Positions 26,249 through 40,047 of a stretch of DNA of 64,000 nucleotides are shown piece after piece; positions within the stretch are counted from its first letter, which is position 1, and each line of letters opens with the position of its first letter. Location of the stretch: positions 23,746,001 to 23,810,000 of the forward strand of contig OZ024764.1 of NCBI GenBank assembly GCA_964016885.1, read 5' to 3'. The notes under the pieces were generated by a model, which saw only the letters and a list, made by a program, of their open reading frames with translations, made no database searches and was not told where the DNA came from. A program made the position numbers and the translations under genes. The DNA is from Eledone cirrhosa. Taxonomy: Eukaryota.

Positions 26249-27830
26249 CAGTGGTACCTTGACTTACGAGTGTCCCAACTATTCGGCTGATTTTTTGCGT
26301 TGAGTTCCAGGGTAACATTCGGGTTGCGAGTCAGCTTCAGATGCCCCGCCACTAGTTGGCATAGCGACCGCCACAGGGAATACGATAACACCCGCCCAGC
26401 ATCCCATGGCTTCGAAGAAAGTGAGGGCGAAGGACAGTTCTGAGAAGAAGAAGCAGATGATGTGTATTGAATTAAAGAAAGAAATTATAGAAAAACATGA
26501 CCAAGGTGTGTGTAGTGGACTTGGCGAAGCAGTACGAGTGATGAAACAGAACTTTTTTGGAAGAAGATGCCACGGAGGACTTATATAATGGCAGAGGAGA
26601 AGAGGATGCCTGGCCACAAACCCATAAAGGATAGGCTAACCCTCGCACTGTGCCAATGTGAGCGGTGACTGTAAGATTAAGTTGCCGCTCATTTATCATT
26701 CAGACAATTCCAGAGTCTGAAAGAAAAATAGCAGGTTATGTGGAGGGCAAACCCGAGGACATGGGTCACCAGGCAGTTCTTTGTGGAGGGGGTGAATTTG
26801 GTCTTTGGTCCTGACGTTAAAAAATATCTCCAGGAAAATAACCTACCCCTGCAAACCTTCTTGTTTTGGACAATACACCTGCTCACCAACCTAACCTTGA
26901 AGAGTTCAAGTTTATAAAGGTTCTCTACCTTCCACCAAACACCACCCCTAACCTACAGACCAAGGACCAGCAGGTACTTTCTAATTTCAAGAAGCTCTTC
27001 ACCAAGCACCTGTTCAGTCGCTGCTTTGAAGTGACGGGGAGCACAAACTTCACCCTTGAGAGGTCTGGAAGGACCATTATAACATCGTGATATGCCTCAG
27101 AATTATCGATATGACCTGGCAGGGTCTTACAAAGAGGACCTTGACCTCTACATGGAAGAAGCTGTGGCATGAAGTTGTGTTTAAAACAGACTTTGAAAGA
27201 CTGGAACCCGAAGCGGCAGTGGTGGATGAGATTGTACCCCTCGGTAAGTCCATGGGCCTGGACATGGATGAAGGTGACATCAACGAGCTCATCGAGGAGC
27301 ACTCCCAGGAGATGACAATGAAGGAATTAAAGGAGCTACAAACACAGCAACACACAGAGTTTTTGCAGGAAATAGGTGACACAGTGGAGGTTATCTCAAC
27401 AAGTGAGATGAAACAAACCTTATTAGACAGGTTCTTATCGAAAATCCCTGCAGATAAAAGTGAGGAAAGCGTGGCGAAAAGGGGCAAAAATCAGCGAATA
27501 AGATTCAGTTATTCAGTTCATCCTTTCTCCTCCGTCAACATCCTCAAGTCGTCTGATCTCCAAGATAGATGCTGTACATTATACTTAATAAAACTAGTTT
27601 GTTGTAGTACATTCTATTGTATTGTTTTTTATATACAATATTTGTTATTTATAAGTACATTTTTCTTATTTAAAAACACGTAACAAAAGAAACTGTGGTT
27701 TTGGGGGGTCTGGAACAGATTAATGGCATTTTATTTTATTTCAGTGGGGAAAATTGATTTGACATACAAGTAATTTAAGTTACGAGGTCCTCCACGGAAC
27801 AAATTAAACTCTTAAGTCAAGGTACCACAG
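26249..27830 (+). mobile_element. Tigger/pogo-like (Tc1-mariner) transposon, internally deleted
   Basis: TIR CAGTGGTACCTTGACTTA / TAAGTCAAGGTACCAC; preceded by TA; DNTPAH and YLPPNTT..LQ..DQ DDE motifs. Confidence 0.9.
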
Positions 27831-27860
27831 TGTGTATGTATATATATATATATATGAAGG

Positions 27861-28030
27861 AACGATCGACTTTCGTCAAATCGGACCGAGGAAGCAATGT
27901 TTCCATTGGTCTTTCCAATTGCTAGTACTAACGGTCGCAATTCCAGGTAGAAGGAACGACGTGAAATAAAGTGTCTTGCTCAAGGTCATAACGCATCGCC
28001 TGGTCCAGGAATCGAACTTACAACCTCAAG
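27861..28030 (-). mobile_element. CORE-type SINE, head-truncated, inverted relative to 411-620
   Basis: Reverse complement matches B-box to 3' end of the plus-strand copies. Confidence 0.8.
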
Positions 28031-28910
28031 ATATATATATATATATATAGTTAAATATTAGACAGGAACAAAAAACAGAGGCAGTGCAAATGGTAGTTTA
28101 TACCGAGAGAGAGAGAGACAAACACATATATACCCCTACTACAGTAAAACATAAAACATATGTAAGGGGAGACAACTTTCGTTACATCCCCTCTTGTTTC
28201 TGATATACGATCTTTAGATACTTTGTCCAATGGAATCTACTTTATTTTGTGTCCTAAGTAGATTTCTGTTTAAGTATTTACGAGATTCACAATGATTCAC
28301 GTAACCAAGTTACTTACATAGAGATATATTTCACATAGAATCACAACAAATGAAAATATTAAGTCAACACTCTGTCAATCAGTCTCACATCACATGGGGT
28401 GCCGGAGTCTCCCTCTAATACTTTCTGAGACAGTCTTACCTCGAGTGATAGCAAGGCTAAGATGTTGGAACTACCAAACACCCTCATATGTATCACCTGA
28501 CACCTCGGTAAGGAAAGCTGCCAACGATAACAGGGACCTCGTTGTCAGGGACCTATCTCCTCCAAACTTCTCCAACACCACAGACTAGAATATTCTACTC
28601 TTTATTCCCTATTAAATATATTTCAGTCTAGTCATTTATCTTGTATCTTGTATATGTATTTTCAAAACTAACTGTCACATTTGTGAGACCCCAGTTAGTG
28701 ATGTTTTTGTCTCCCTCCCACATCCTACATGCTGTAGTAAAAGTGAGGGTCACTGCTTCCGTAGACGAACGAAATAAAAGCTAAACTACCAGTAATTATC
28801 GGCAAAGTATTTATTCCAGTCTGTGATGTTTGAGAAGCTGGGCTGCTGACAACGAAGTTGTTGTCACTGTTGGCGGCTGGCTTTACCGAAGTACCCGATG
28901 ACTCTTGTGA

Positions 28911-29070
28911 GGGTACTTAGCTATTCTGGCGGTTTAGCCTCTATATGACCCGATCTTACCGAGATACCCGGCGATCTCTGTCAGGGTACTTAGCTGTTCT
29001 GGTAGCTTAGCCTCCATATGACCCGATCTTACCGAGATACCCGGTGATCTCTGTAAGAGTACTTAGCTGT
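28911..29070. repeat. 73-bp promoter-upstream repeat (also 12695-12783, 44593-44682, 61386-61615)
   Basis: GGGTACTTAGCT recurs at 28911 and 28984; 1 to 3 full copies per unit. Confidence 0.85.
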
Positions 29071-29150
29071 TCTATTTTAATTTCATTTACTGTTTTTTAC
29101 TTCATTTTTTTATTACAAACTTTACATAATTTAATTCGGTAAATATATTT

Positions 29151-29295
29151 TAACGTCACAAAAAAACTCGACCTTTGACATTGAAGCATGCGCAGTGGTG
29201 CTGTTGTCGACTTCCTGTCCACGTGTTAGTCTTCCTACAACATCATTTAGAAAACATTTCTGTAAATACTAAACACCTCAGACTATAATGTAAGT
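29151..29295 (+). promoter_or_regulatory. Putative promoter, exon 1 and donor of ZNF-C
   Basis: Same motif cluster; donor GTAAGT at 29290. Confidence 0.7.
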
Positions 29296-29357
29296 ATTAT
29301 GTCTATTAATATTGTAGATTTAAGCTCACTTTTCACATCACAAATATATATTTTCTT

Positions 29358-30057
29358 CGCTCAACCTTAAGTCTCACGTCAGAAATGAAATTTATTTTCA
29401 TTTTCGATTCATTAAAAACTATTGTTTATCTGAATACAAAAACTGGTTGGACGACTACGGGCTGGCACTACGTAAGTTGATGTTTTGGATGTAAATGACA
29501 TCGTTAATGAGAATATTACACTTGTTACTCTTATACCTGTCATACACGGTGACAATCTATGTTACAGTGGCTGGTAAGACGGCAGTGACAGTGTCAATTG
29601 TCCTGTTTGTAATGAAACCTGCACATTAAACCATTATTCTGAGACTCACAAGAAATGGAGATGGCGATGTAACCCCGACAATGTCTCCCAAGCAGTGCGA
29701 CATAATTGTTTTTTTCAAGGAAGCCATGTGCCACTCGATCACCTTATTTTTATTTTATACATGTGGTGCTACAATTATACACAAGCTGAGATGATTCGAG
29801 AAACGGGAGTCTCCCAACCGACAATTATTGACTGGTGCAATTTTATTTGAGAAATTTGCAAGCAATATTTGGAGGAAAATCGCCAACAACTTGGAGGCTT
29901 CGATGACAATGGTGAGTCCATCATTGTCGAGATCGACGAGAGCCAACATGGTACCAGAGCTGCTTTATTTCAATCTTATATTGCAGTCTTTGGCGACAGA
30001 GAGTTGGTGCCAACAAGTTTGGCGAGATGATAAACTGCACTGGAGCAATTGATATGG
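29358..30057 (+). mobile_element. Merlin/IS1595-family transposase fragment inserted in intron 1 of ZNF-C
   Basis: IIDWCNFI*EIC..YL......LGGFDDNGESIIVEIDES; absent from the other units. Confidence 0.7.
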
Positions 30058-31140
30058 TGTTTCATTACTGGAAATATAAGATGTTATGGTAATTATCTAT
30101 ATTTTACCTCACACCTTAGGGGTTAACTACACACTTTGAGGCAAGCCAACACACTGGCAGCAATACCACGGGTGATGGTGAGGCTAAGGTGCTTAAATAA
30201 CCAGGTACCCACACGGGTATCACCTGACACCTCAGTAAGGTGAGGCTAAGGTGCTGAGATAACCAGGTACCCTCACGGGTATCACCTAACACCTCATTAA
30301 GGTGAGGCTAAGGTGCTTAAATAACCAGGTACCCTCACGGGTATCACCTGACACCTCAGTAAGGTGAGGCTAAGGTACTGAAATAACTAGGTACCTTCAC
30401 GGAAACGACTAGATTTGTAGAAAAAGTAGGGTGAAAGTATACGAAGAGATATAGTTTCACAGATCTACTCACACCTCACGTTGAGTGGGAATTAATTATT
30501 TTTCTAGACCCCTTTTCAATATTTCCTCTGGACCCCTTAGATACTTGCAATAGACATTTTCTTCCCCAGTATTAGGGTTAGGGTTTCCATTTTCAGGAAG
30601 AAAAGTCGATTGCAAACATCTAATAGGTCGAGAAAAATAATAAGGAAAGATAATTATTTCCCAGCCAACTGGAGAAGTGTGTAGCTCTTCTAAACTCTGA
30701 TAATCCTGTCTCCCACTTCTTTATCTACAAATCTAGTCGTTTCCTGCTACTTTGAAGGCCCTATTTATTGATAACACCACTTGTATATCTTTGTCAACTT
30801 TTCATACGTAAATTGTGAATCAGTTATTTTTAAACAAACTATCAAAGAAGTAATCTCACAGTAACTGTGTTTGATTTAATCAACTTATTCCCCCCAAACA
30901 TTGTCGACCTTGTGTCTAAATCAGAAACTATTATTAGATCTTAAATCAACCCCGTAAAGATGAAGGGCAAAGCTAACCTCGGCGGGATTTCAACCCTTTA
31001 TGTTATGAGTTCAAATCCCACCAAAGTTAACTTTGTCTTTCATTCTAACGGGGTGGATAAATTAAAGTTCCAGTAATCTACTGGGGTCTGAGATATTAAA
31101 TGTTTGAGTAGATTCTATCTTTTTGTGTGTTTGTATTTAT

Positions 31141-31519
31141 TCTCTCAAAGACAATGACACACAACCGTGACTTCTGGCGTCACGCAGTAATACAGAGTAC
31201 CCGACCTCCCATGTTTACATGCTGAAGCATATAAACAATATGCCCCCACACCCCCCACCGCAAGGTGGTCGTGGAGGTGCCACGGCAAAAAAGCACCCAG
31301 CCCGCACTGTAAAGTGGACGTGTAGGTGCCACGAAAAAGCACCCAGCACTCACTGTAAATGAGGTTGGTGTTAGGAAGGGCATCCAGCTGTAGAAATCAA
31401 GCCAGATCAGTTCCTGTATGAGCAAGGCATGGTCAGCCGACTAGACACTGCACACAACAGGACAACCCGTCTAACCCATGCTAGCGTGGAAGAACGGACG
31501 TAAAACGGTGATGATGATG
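31141..31519 (+). mobile_element. Short RTE-tail (SINE-like) insertion specific to unit C
   Basis: AGGAAGGGCATCCAGCTGTAGAAA, GAACGGACGTAAAAC(GAT)n tail; empty site tatttat-aatctta in B and D. Confidence 0.8.
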
Positions 31520-32007
31520 AATCTTATTAGAACACCTGTGACCTGTTGGGTCACGTTCCCTTTAAAAATAATTTTTAAATAATTAAAATATACAGACATG
31601 TCTATAATCTAAAATGAAATTAGTAGTTAGGCCCATGTATATATATATATATATATGCGTGTGTGTATATATATATATATGTGTGTGTATATATATGTCA
31701 CAGACACACACACAAATCACTTGTTATAATTTTAAAATTTCGTTCAACAACACCACCAGCTCTCTCTCTCTATTTATGAAGGTACCAGAAAAAACTCATA
31801 TCTCGGGAACCTGTGCTCTGATTTACATGAAACTTGTTTTATCCCATCTGTATTCCCATTTCAGGGTCAACTTCCTTTCAAACTATTTTCCCGTTATGCC
31901 CCGTTTTGGCTGTATTACATTACAGACAAGACACAATCACAGAGTTTTAGGTTTATAATGTTATAGTATCATGATAGGGTAATACAGTTATTTATAGACC
32001 TGTGGTA

Positions 32008-32418
32008 AATGTTGGTTCAGTCCACCCTGGGGGGTGTTAGTGTTGGTTCAGTACACCCTGGGGAGTGTTAGTGTTGGTTCAGTCCACCCTGGGGGGTGTA
32101 AGTGTTGGTTCAGTACACCCTGGGGAGTGTTAGTGTTGGTTCAGTCCACCTGGGGAGTGTTAGTGTTGGTTCAGTCCACCCTGGGGGATGTTAGTGTTGG
32201 TTCAGTACACCCTGGGGAGTGTTAGTGTTGGTTCAGTCCACCCTGGGGGCTGTTAGCGTTGGTTCAGTCCACCTTGGGAGGTGTTAGTGTTGGTTCAGTC
32301 CACCCTGGGGGATGTTAGTGTTGGTTCAGTCCACCCTGGGGAGTGTTAGTGTTGGTTCAGTCCACCCTGGGGGGTGTAAGTGTTGGTTCAGTCTACCCTG
32401 AGGGGTGTCAGTGTTGGT
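32008..32418. repeat. 31-bp G-rich minisatellite, ~13 copies (2 at 14961-15030, ~6 at 46838-47032)
   Basis: Unit GTGTTAGTGTTGGTTCAGTCCACCCTGGGGG. Confidence 0.95.
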
Positions 32419-35400
32419 CAATGATAACCTTTATAACTAGAGGCCTGTTGGTGAGGACAAGCTGGAAGTGGTGACATATTTCTGCTACCTGTGTGTCATG
32501 TCAGCTGGAAGTGGAGCCAAGTTCACTGCCATCGTGCTGTGCCACTCCACAGGTAACAAGTTTAGGCAGCTTCTCCTAATCCTCAAGACATGCTGGCTAC
32601 CATTAGACACCATGGGGCAGGTTTATAACACCTGTGGGAGAAGTGTGTTGTTTCATGCCAGCGGGACCTGGGCCATGTTATCTGACTGTCTGAATTGACT
32701 CTGAAGAAATGACAGAGCTATGATCCACTGGATGTGTAGTGTGACCATTGAGGATGATGTCAGCTCAACTGAGCTCTTAAAAAAACTGCTGATCGACAAC
32801 CTTAAGGATGTGTTTCACAGGAGACACATGCACTGGTATGGCCATGTTGTGCATTCTCTCTCAACTCATCTATGCTTGGTCATTGATGCACATTGACATT
32901 ATACATCCAACGGAGCATACTTGCTTCATTTCTCTCCAGTCGTTGCATATCCTCCACAGTTGCTGTCTATGTCTCACTACCGTGCAGCATCACACATCTC
33001 ACGCAGGCATCACAAGCCATTTGTTCTTAGAGAGAAACCCTTCTTTGTCAACATAGGAAGCAGCTCCCTAAACTTCTTCCAACCCGTCCTTATTCTAGAT
33101 ACTATGGCCTCTGGGCACCCTCCTCCCATGCTAATTTGATCACCTAGATACTGGAAGCTATCAACCACTTCTATAGAACCTACCTGCATTTGAAAAATGT
33201 GTCTATCACTGCGACTTCTACCGTCAAATTTCCCTGTACATCTACTACATATGTATTTTTCCCTACCTGATAGTTTGCCTGCTATCCCACTACATCTCTT
33301 GTGTACCCAAGATCTGCATTGTGTTACATTATAGAATTTATGCCAGTTCCTTTTCTACATATTGAACAAGGCCATTTCCCTGATGGAATGACAGTTTTGT
33401 CCTCTTTTCTACTCATCAACACTTTAGTCTTAGCTAGGTTCACTCTCAGTCCTCTTGATTCCAACTGCTGTTGTAATGGCCAGAATTTATTCTCTAGCTC
33501 CTCTACTGATTCTGCTATAAGAACCATATCGTCAGCATAGAGAACTTCCCATGGGCACCTAGTCTTAAACTCCTCTGTTATGACTTGGAGGACTATAATG
33601 AACAAGAGCGGGCTGAGGACCGAACCCTGATGTACTCCTGCATCTGTAATTCCTCACTAAACTCCATGCCTACCCTCACTTTACTGACAGCACCTCTGTA
33701 CATAGCTTGCACTGTCCTCACAAACTATTCATCTACACCTAGTTTCCTTAGGGACCACCAGATGACAGATTGGGGTACTCTATCAAAGGCCTTCTCTAGG
33801 TCAACAAAAACTAAGTATAGTGGTTTTCTTCTCTAAGAACCTCTCTTGTAGTTGTCTCACTAAGAAGAGGGCATCTGTTTCACTCTTTTTCTAAGTTGCG
33901 CTAGTATTCTTTCTGTCACTTTCATAACCTGATCCATCAGTTTTATACCCCTATAATTACTCCCCTCCAGAACATCCCCTTTACCTTTACCTCAATTTAT
34001 GAGAATACTGCTGCACCAGTATTTGGGGGTGACACCACCATATATAGCTTGATTAATGATACGTGCAACCAGTTTAATTCCTAATTCTCTTGATGCCTTC
34101 AGCATCTCAGCAACTATCCCCAACAGTCCAGCGGACTTACCATTTTTCATTTCCTTAATTGCCTCTTGGACCCTATAGTCGTCAATCTCAATAGCTGGTC
34201 CTTCTGTCGGGTCTACTGAAGGTAGCTCCTCTCCTATTCATTCTCCACATTCATCAGTCTCTCATAATGACATTTCCAGGCCTCCTTTTTTTTGAGAATC
34301 AGTGACACTAAGTGCACCAACATCCTGATTTACACTGACACACTGCCTTGCAATGTGGATCACCGCACATCTCTGATCTCCCCATCGCAGGACATTGGCA
34401 AACCTTCTACTCTCAGCCTCCCTGCATGTTAAGTAAACCTGACATCTAGCTTCTCTCTTAGCGGCTGTGAATCGGTCTCTACCCCTACCATTTTTCCAAG
34501 CCTTTTGTCTCTAATGGCTCTATCTACCGTGCTGTTCCACCACCAGGTCACCCTCTGTCTGGTTGGAGCTCTGCTCCAGCCACAAGTTTCTTCAGTAACC
34601 TGCAGTAAGTTGTCACGTAAGAAATTCCAGTTATCGTCCATGTCATAGGACTCTAAATCGTCTTCTTTTTCGTCATACACATCTTGAAGGGCTTTCCTAA
34701 ATTTATATTTTAGTGAAAGGTCTTTTAGTTTCCAGACCTTCCTTTGTCACACTTTCTTGTATGTCTCTCTTTGTCTCTCGCTTACTGAGATGTCACTAAC
34801 GACTAACCTATGTTGGTGGGGTACATTGTTCCCTGGGGTATGCAAGAAGTCAATCTGTCTCATGTGCTCACCTGATTGGTAGGTTATTAGGTGGTTGGTA
34901 GGTTTCTTGAAGTGTTGCAAATGGTTAGTTCACTTGCATCACAAAATACAAGAAGCCTCACTCCTTCTTCGTTTCTTGAGTCATAACCATGACCACCATG
35001 TACCCCAGTATATCCATCCTCGAACTGTCCAACATGACCATTGAAGTCCCCTGCTATTATAACTAGGTCTCTGTCATTGTGGTTATCTCTACTTATTCCT
35101 TTTCTATATATGGAGCAGGGCCACTTTCCTGAAGGGGTCAGGGTCTTCTCTCCTATCCATTAGCACTTTAGTTTTGGCTAAGTATATTCTCAGAACTTAC
35201 CATTTCAAATTCTATATCTATAGCTGGTCATCTACATAGAGAAGTTTCCATAGACAGCCAGTCTTAAACCTCTCTGTTATGGCTTGGAGAACTATGATGA
35301 ACAACAGTGGGCTAAGAACTAAACCATGATGAACTCCTACCTGTACCTTCAATTTCACACTAAACACACTTTACTGACAGCTTCTCACAAGCCATTCTTC

Positions 35401-35627
35401 TACACCTAATTTCTTTAACCCTTTAGTATATAAACTGGCCATATCTGGCCAGAATTGTCTCATGTCTTTCTGTTCAAACTGGCCGTAACTGGTCACTTAT
35501 ACTTATGTTAAGGTATTGTTCTCAAAATAAGTAACATCAAAATCTCATAGATTTGATATTATGAGTGATAAAGCATTTACTGTGAAAATATAATAGTAAA
35601 TATAGAGTAATGTGAATACTAAAGGGT

Positions 35628-35809
35628 TAATCTGATGTCACTAATAACTACTTTTATCTGTCAGTTTAATCTAATGTCACTAATAACTACTTTTATCAGT
35701 TAGTATAATCTGATGTCACTAATAACTACTTTTATCAGTCAGTTTAATCTAATGTCACTAATAACTACTTTTATCAGTCAGTTTAATCTACTACCACTAA
35801 TAACTAACC
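35628..35809. repeat. 39-bp minisatellite, ~4.6 copies
   Basis: Same unit as 4206-4541. Confidence 0.95.
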
Positions 35810-36168
35810 TATGTTAGTCAGCACATTCTTCACCAAAGAAGGCCTTAGTATTTATTACAGTCCATTTATCAATATAGAAATATTATATGAAATTTGTACT
35901 GATGTATTACAAGTTTCTGAGTATCTTATAATGTTCTTTTATTATTTCAGAATACCAGAGGACATTGGCATTAAAGAGCACGTTACATCAGACATATCCT
36001 CAACATTAACCATTTCTAATGAAATACACTAACCATCATTTTCAAATAATTTTGAAAACACTCAACACTCAACACTTTGAAGTGATTTAGTAATATAACT
36101 AAATTTCTCAGTATTAAGCTGTGAATTATGTGAGAAACTGAGGTGATTGATATCTTTTAGTAGGAGAT

Positions 36169-37365
36169 ATGTCGAAAAATATAGTAAAATCACCATTCCA
36201 CTGTGATATCTGTGGTAAATCATTCTCTCGTAGTAATCAGCTAACTACTCACAAACGCATTCATACAGGAGAGAAGCCATATCACTGTGATATCAGTGGT
36301 AAATCATTCAGTCGCAGTAATACCTTAACTAATCACAAAAATATTCATACAGGAGAGAAACCATATCACTGTGATATCTGTGGTAAAACGTTCTCTAAAA
36401 ATAATAACCTAACTACTCACAAACGTATTCATACAGGAGAGAAGCCATATCACTGTGATATCTGTGGTAAATCATTCAGTGACAGTAGTAGCTTCAGAGT
36501 TCACAAACAAATTCATACAGGAGAGAAACCATATCACTGTGACATCTGTGGTAAAACGTTCTCTAAAAACAATAGCGTAACTACTCACAAACGTATTCAT
36601 ACAGGAGAGAAGCCATATCAATGTGACATCTGTGATAAATCATTCTCTCAAAGTAGTCACCTAACTACTCACAAACGTATTCATACAGGAGAGAAGCCAT
36701 ATCAATGTGATATCGGTGATAAATCATTCAGTGACAGTAGTAGCTTCAGAGTTCACAAACAAATTCATACAGGAGAGAAGCCACATCACTGTGACATCTG
36801 TGGTACATCATTCAGTCACAAAAGTAACTTAACTACCCACAAACGTATTCATACAGGAGAGAAGCCATATCAGTGTGATATCTGTGGTAAATCATTCTCT
36901 CGTAATAACCTAACTACTCACAGACGTATTCATACAGGAGAGAAACCATATCACTGTGATATCTGTGGTAAAACATTCACTAAAAATAATAACCTAACTA
37001 CTCACAAACGTATTCATACAGGAGAGAACCCATATCATTGTGATATCTGTGGTAAATCATTCTCTCAGAGTAATCAGCTAACTTCTCACAAACGTATTCA
37101 TACAGGAGAGAAGCCATATCACTGTGACATCTGTGATAAATCATTCTCTCATAGTAAAACCTTAACTACCCACAAACGTACTCATACAGGAGAGAAGCCA
37201 TATCACTGTGATATCTGTGATAAATCATTCTCTCAGCATAAAACCTTAACTATCTACAAACGTACTCATACAGGAGAGAAGCCATATCACTGTGACATCT
37301 GTGGTAAATCATTCTCTCATAGTAATACCTTAGCTATCCACAAACGTACTCATACAGGAGAGTAG
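36169..37365 (+). CDS. C2H2 zinc-finger protein ZNF-C, 14 fingers, truncated by premature TAG
   Basis: Linker AAG>TAG at 37363; two more finger remnants run to 37524, the last frameshifted; CDIS, CDIG and H>Y broken fingers. Confidence 0.88.
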   Translation: MSKNIVKSPFHCDICGKSFSRSNQLTTHKRIHTGEKPYHCDISGKSFSRSNTLTNHKNIHTGEKPYHCDICGKTFSKNNNLTTHKRIHTGEKPYHCDICGKSFSDSSSFRVHKQIHTGEKPYHCDICGKTFSKNNSVTTHKRIHTGEKPYQCDICDKSFSQSSHLTTHKRIHTGEKPYQCDIGDKSFSDSSSFRVHKQIHTGEKPHHCDICGTSFSHKSNLTTHKRIHTGEKPYQCDICGKSFSRNNLTTHRRIHTGEKPYHCDICGKTFTKNNNLTTHKRIHTGENPYHCDICGKSFSQSNQLTSHKRIHTGEKPYHCDICDKSFSHSKTLTTHKRTHTGEKPYHCDICDKSFSQHKTLTIYKRTHTGEKPYHCDICGKSFSHSNTLAIHKRTHTGE

Positions 37366-38175
37366 CCATATCATTGTGACATCTGTGGTAAATCATTCGC
37401 TGACAGAACTAGCTTAGCTACCCACAAACGTACTCATACAGGAGAGATTTACCACATCTGTGGTAAATCATTCACTCTTAGAGGTAACTTAACCAAGCAT
37501 GTGCGTATTCATAAAGAAGTTTAGCTGTATCAATATCAAACTCATTACATCATACTACAACAACAATAATTGTGTAGATCCATCATCCTGGCTAAAACTG
37601 GGGTTAACCTTGTAGGTTTTAACTAGGACAGGGATCATAAACACCAGGTTTCCAATTTTGAAGTAGTGTTTGAAGATTTTGTGTAAATTAAAGTTTTTCA
37701 CATTAAACTTTCATTTATTATACTTTAACAGGTAAGATATATATTTGTATTTTTAGTAAAGGTTGGGAACTTCTGTAATTTAAACCTGCCAATAAAATGA
37801 AAACTTTTGTTGTTGCTAGTCTGACATTGATATTAATTCTATTGTCCTGTACATTGTCTCAAATATCACAGATTAAACAGATTTTAACAATAACAACAGA
37901 AATCAATAACTTGTAAGCCTAATATCTAGCTTCCATTTTAACCATTTGATATTGTTGTTCCCCTCCTGTCTCGTCAGGTCTTTTAGATTTCAACTTCTAT
38001 CTACTGTACTATTCCATCACCAAGGCAACATTCATCTGGCTGGCAGCTTACATCAACTACAGATCTCATCAGTGGTTCACAACAGGCTGTCTGAAAGAAA
38101 CTTCCAGATATCTTCTATGTCATAGCTATCAATCTCCTCCTCCTTATCATATGTATCATGTAGAACATCTCTGAA

Positions 38176-38745
38176 TTTATATTTAACAGGGAGATCTTTT
38201 ACTGTCCCTACCCTTTTCTCTAGGTTGTCTTGTACCTCTCTCACAGTCCCTCTAGATCTTATATTTAACAGGGAGATCTTTTACTATCCCTACCCTTTTC
38301 TATAGGTTGTCTTGTACCAGTCTCACAGTCCCTCTAGATCTTATATTTAACAGGGAGATCTTTTACTGTCCCTACCCTTTTCTCTAGGTTGTCTTGTATC
38401 TCTCTCACTGTCTCTCTAGATCTTATGTTTAACAGGGAGAATTTTACTATCCCTACCCTTTTCTCTAGGTGGTGTTGTACCTCTCTCACAGTCCCTCTAG
38501 ATCTTATAGTTAACAGGGAGATCTTTTACTGTCCCTAGCCTTTTCTCTAAGTTGTCTTGTACCTCTCTCACAGTCCCTCTAGATCTTATATTTAACAGGG
38601 AGATGTTTTACTGTCCCTACCTCTTTCTCTAGGTTGTCTTGTACCTCTCACAGTCCCTGTAGATCTTATATTTAACAGGGAGATATTTTAGTCTCCAACC
38701 CTTCTATCTCCAGATAGTCTTGTATCTGTCAGTCCCTCTAGATAT
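38176..38745. repeat. 82-bp minisatellite, ~7 copies
   Basis: Same unit as 6471-6812. Confidence 0.9.
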
Positions 38746-39512
38746 TACACCTAGTATCTAGTCTATGTTTTCTAAATATCTTAATGTTTCTCTACTATTT
38801 CAGAATATCACATGACCTTGACAGAAAAGAGTCTTTTAAAGACAGCAGAAAGATGTTACATTCAAGTGATATAAACTTATTTAGTCTGTGGTGAAATATT
38901 TCTTCTGAATTGAGATAAATAACAACGTTTTCCTTTTTCACTGTCTGGAATATTTACAAGATGATTTTACGTTCTGATTAAACTTTGGATATTTACAAAG
39001 GAGTTTTCAAAATATTTGGATATTGACAAAGATCACATTTGATAAAATTATGAACAATAAAAATATTTACATCAACATAGGAATATTTTCCAGAAGAGAT
39101 GGGAAAATCATTATACCACTGTAATATTTGTGGTAAAATATGCTCTCTTCTTCATATGTAGAACATCTAACTAAACACTTTAACTAACAAACTATTGTGC
39201 TATAGAATTGACAAACTTGAGGTATGTTTAATAAATGTCACAGATTTCTCCAAACTTTCGTTTACTAACTTTAATTTGAAGCTATGTTATCTATATACTA
39301 CTAAAACTCTGTGATTGTGTCTTGTCCGTAATTTAATACATCTAAAACAGTGCATAATGGGGAAATACTTTGAAAAGAATAAAACAAGTTTTGTATTAAA
39401 TGGAGCACAGGTTCCCAAAATACGGGATTTCTGGGTACCTTGATAACTATAGGGAGAGAAAGAGATAGTGGTTGTGAGAGAGAGGGAGCTGGTGGTGTTG
39501 TTTAATAAAATA

Positions 39513-39561
<49 letters not shown>

Positions 39562-40047
39562 GTATGTGTATATTTTAACTATTTTAATATGACTTTAAAA
39601 AATAGTTTTAAGGCAACGTGACCCAACAGGTCGCGAGTGGTCTAGTTTGTTACTAAATACTAGATATTAGAGGGTCATGTTCTAGATGTGCTGGAAGAGC
39701 CATTCCATCTTGTGAGGTTCACCCCAGCAGCTAGCCACCTCAGCACCTATGGTGGTATATTTATTATATTATTTATTCTTATCATTAACATTAATATAAA
39801 AGATAATTATATATTTTTAGAGAAGAACCTCTAATTTCATATAGCTTAGGGCTTCAGTAGGTAAAGTCTGGCCCTGCTTGTCTTGTATTTTTTATGGGAG
39901 AAGTTAGGGAATACGGTTATTGTGTGAAAGTTTTCTAAATCTTCTTCAGCCACTAACATGGAGAAGATATTTCAGTAAGAAGGTTCACATCCTGACATCT
40001 ATAGCTGTTAACAATGAGGTTGGAATTCATTATTAAACAAATGTTAT

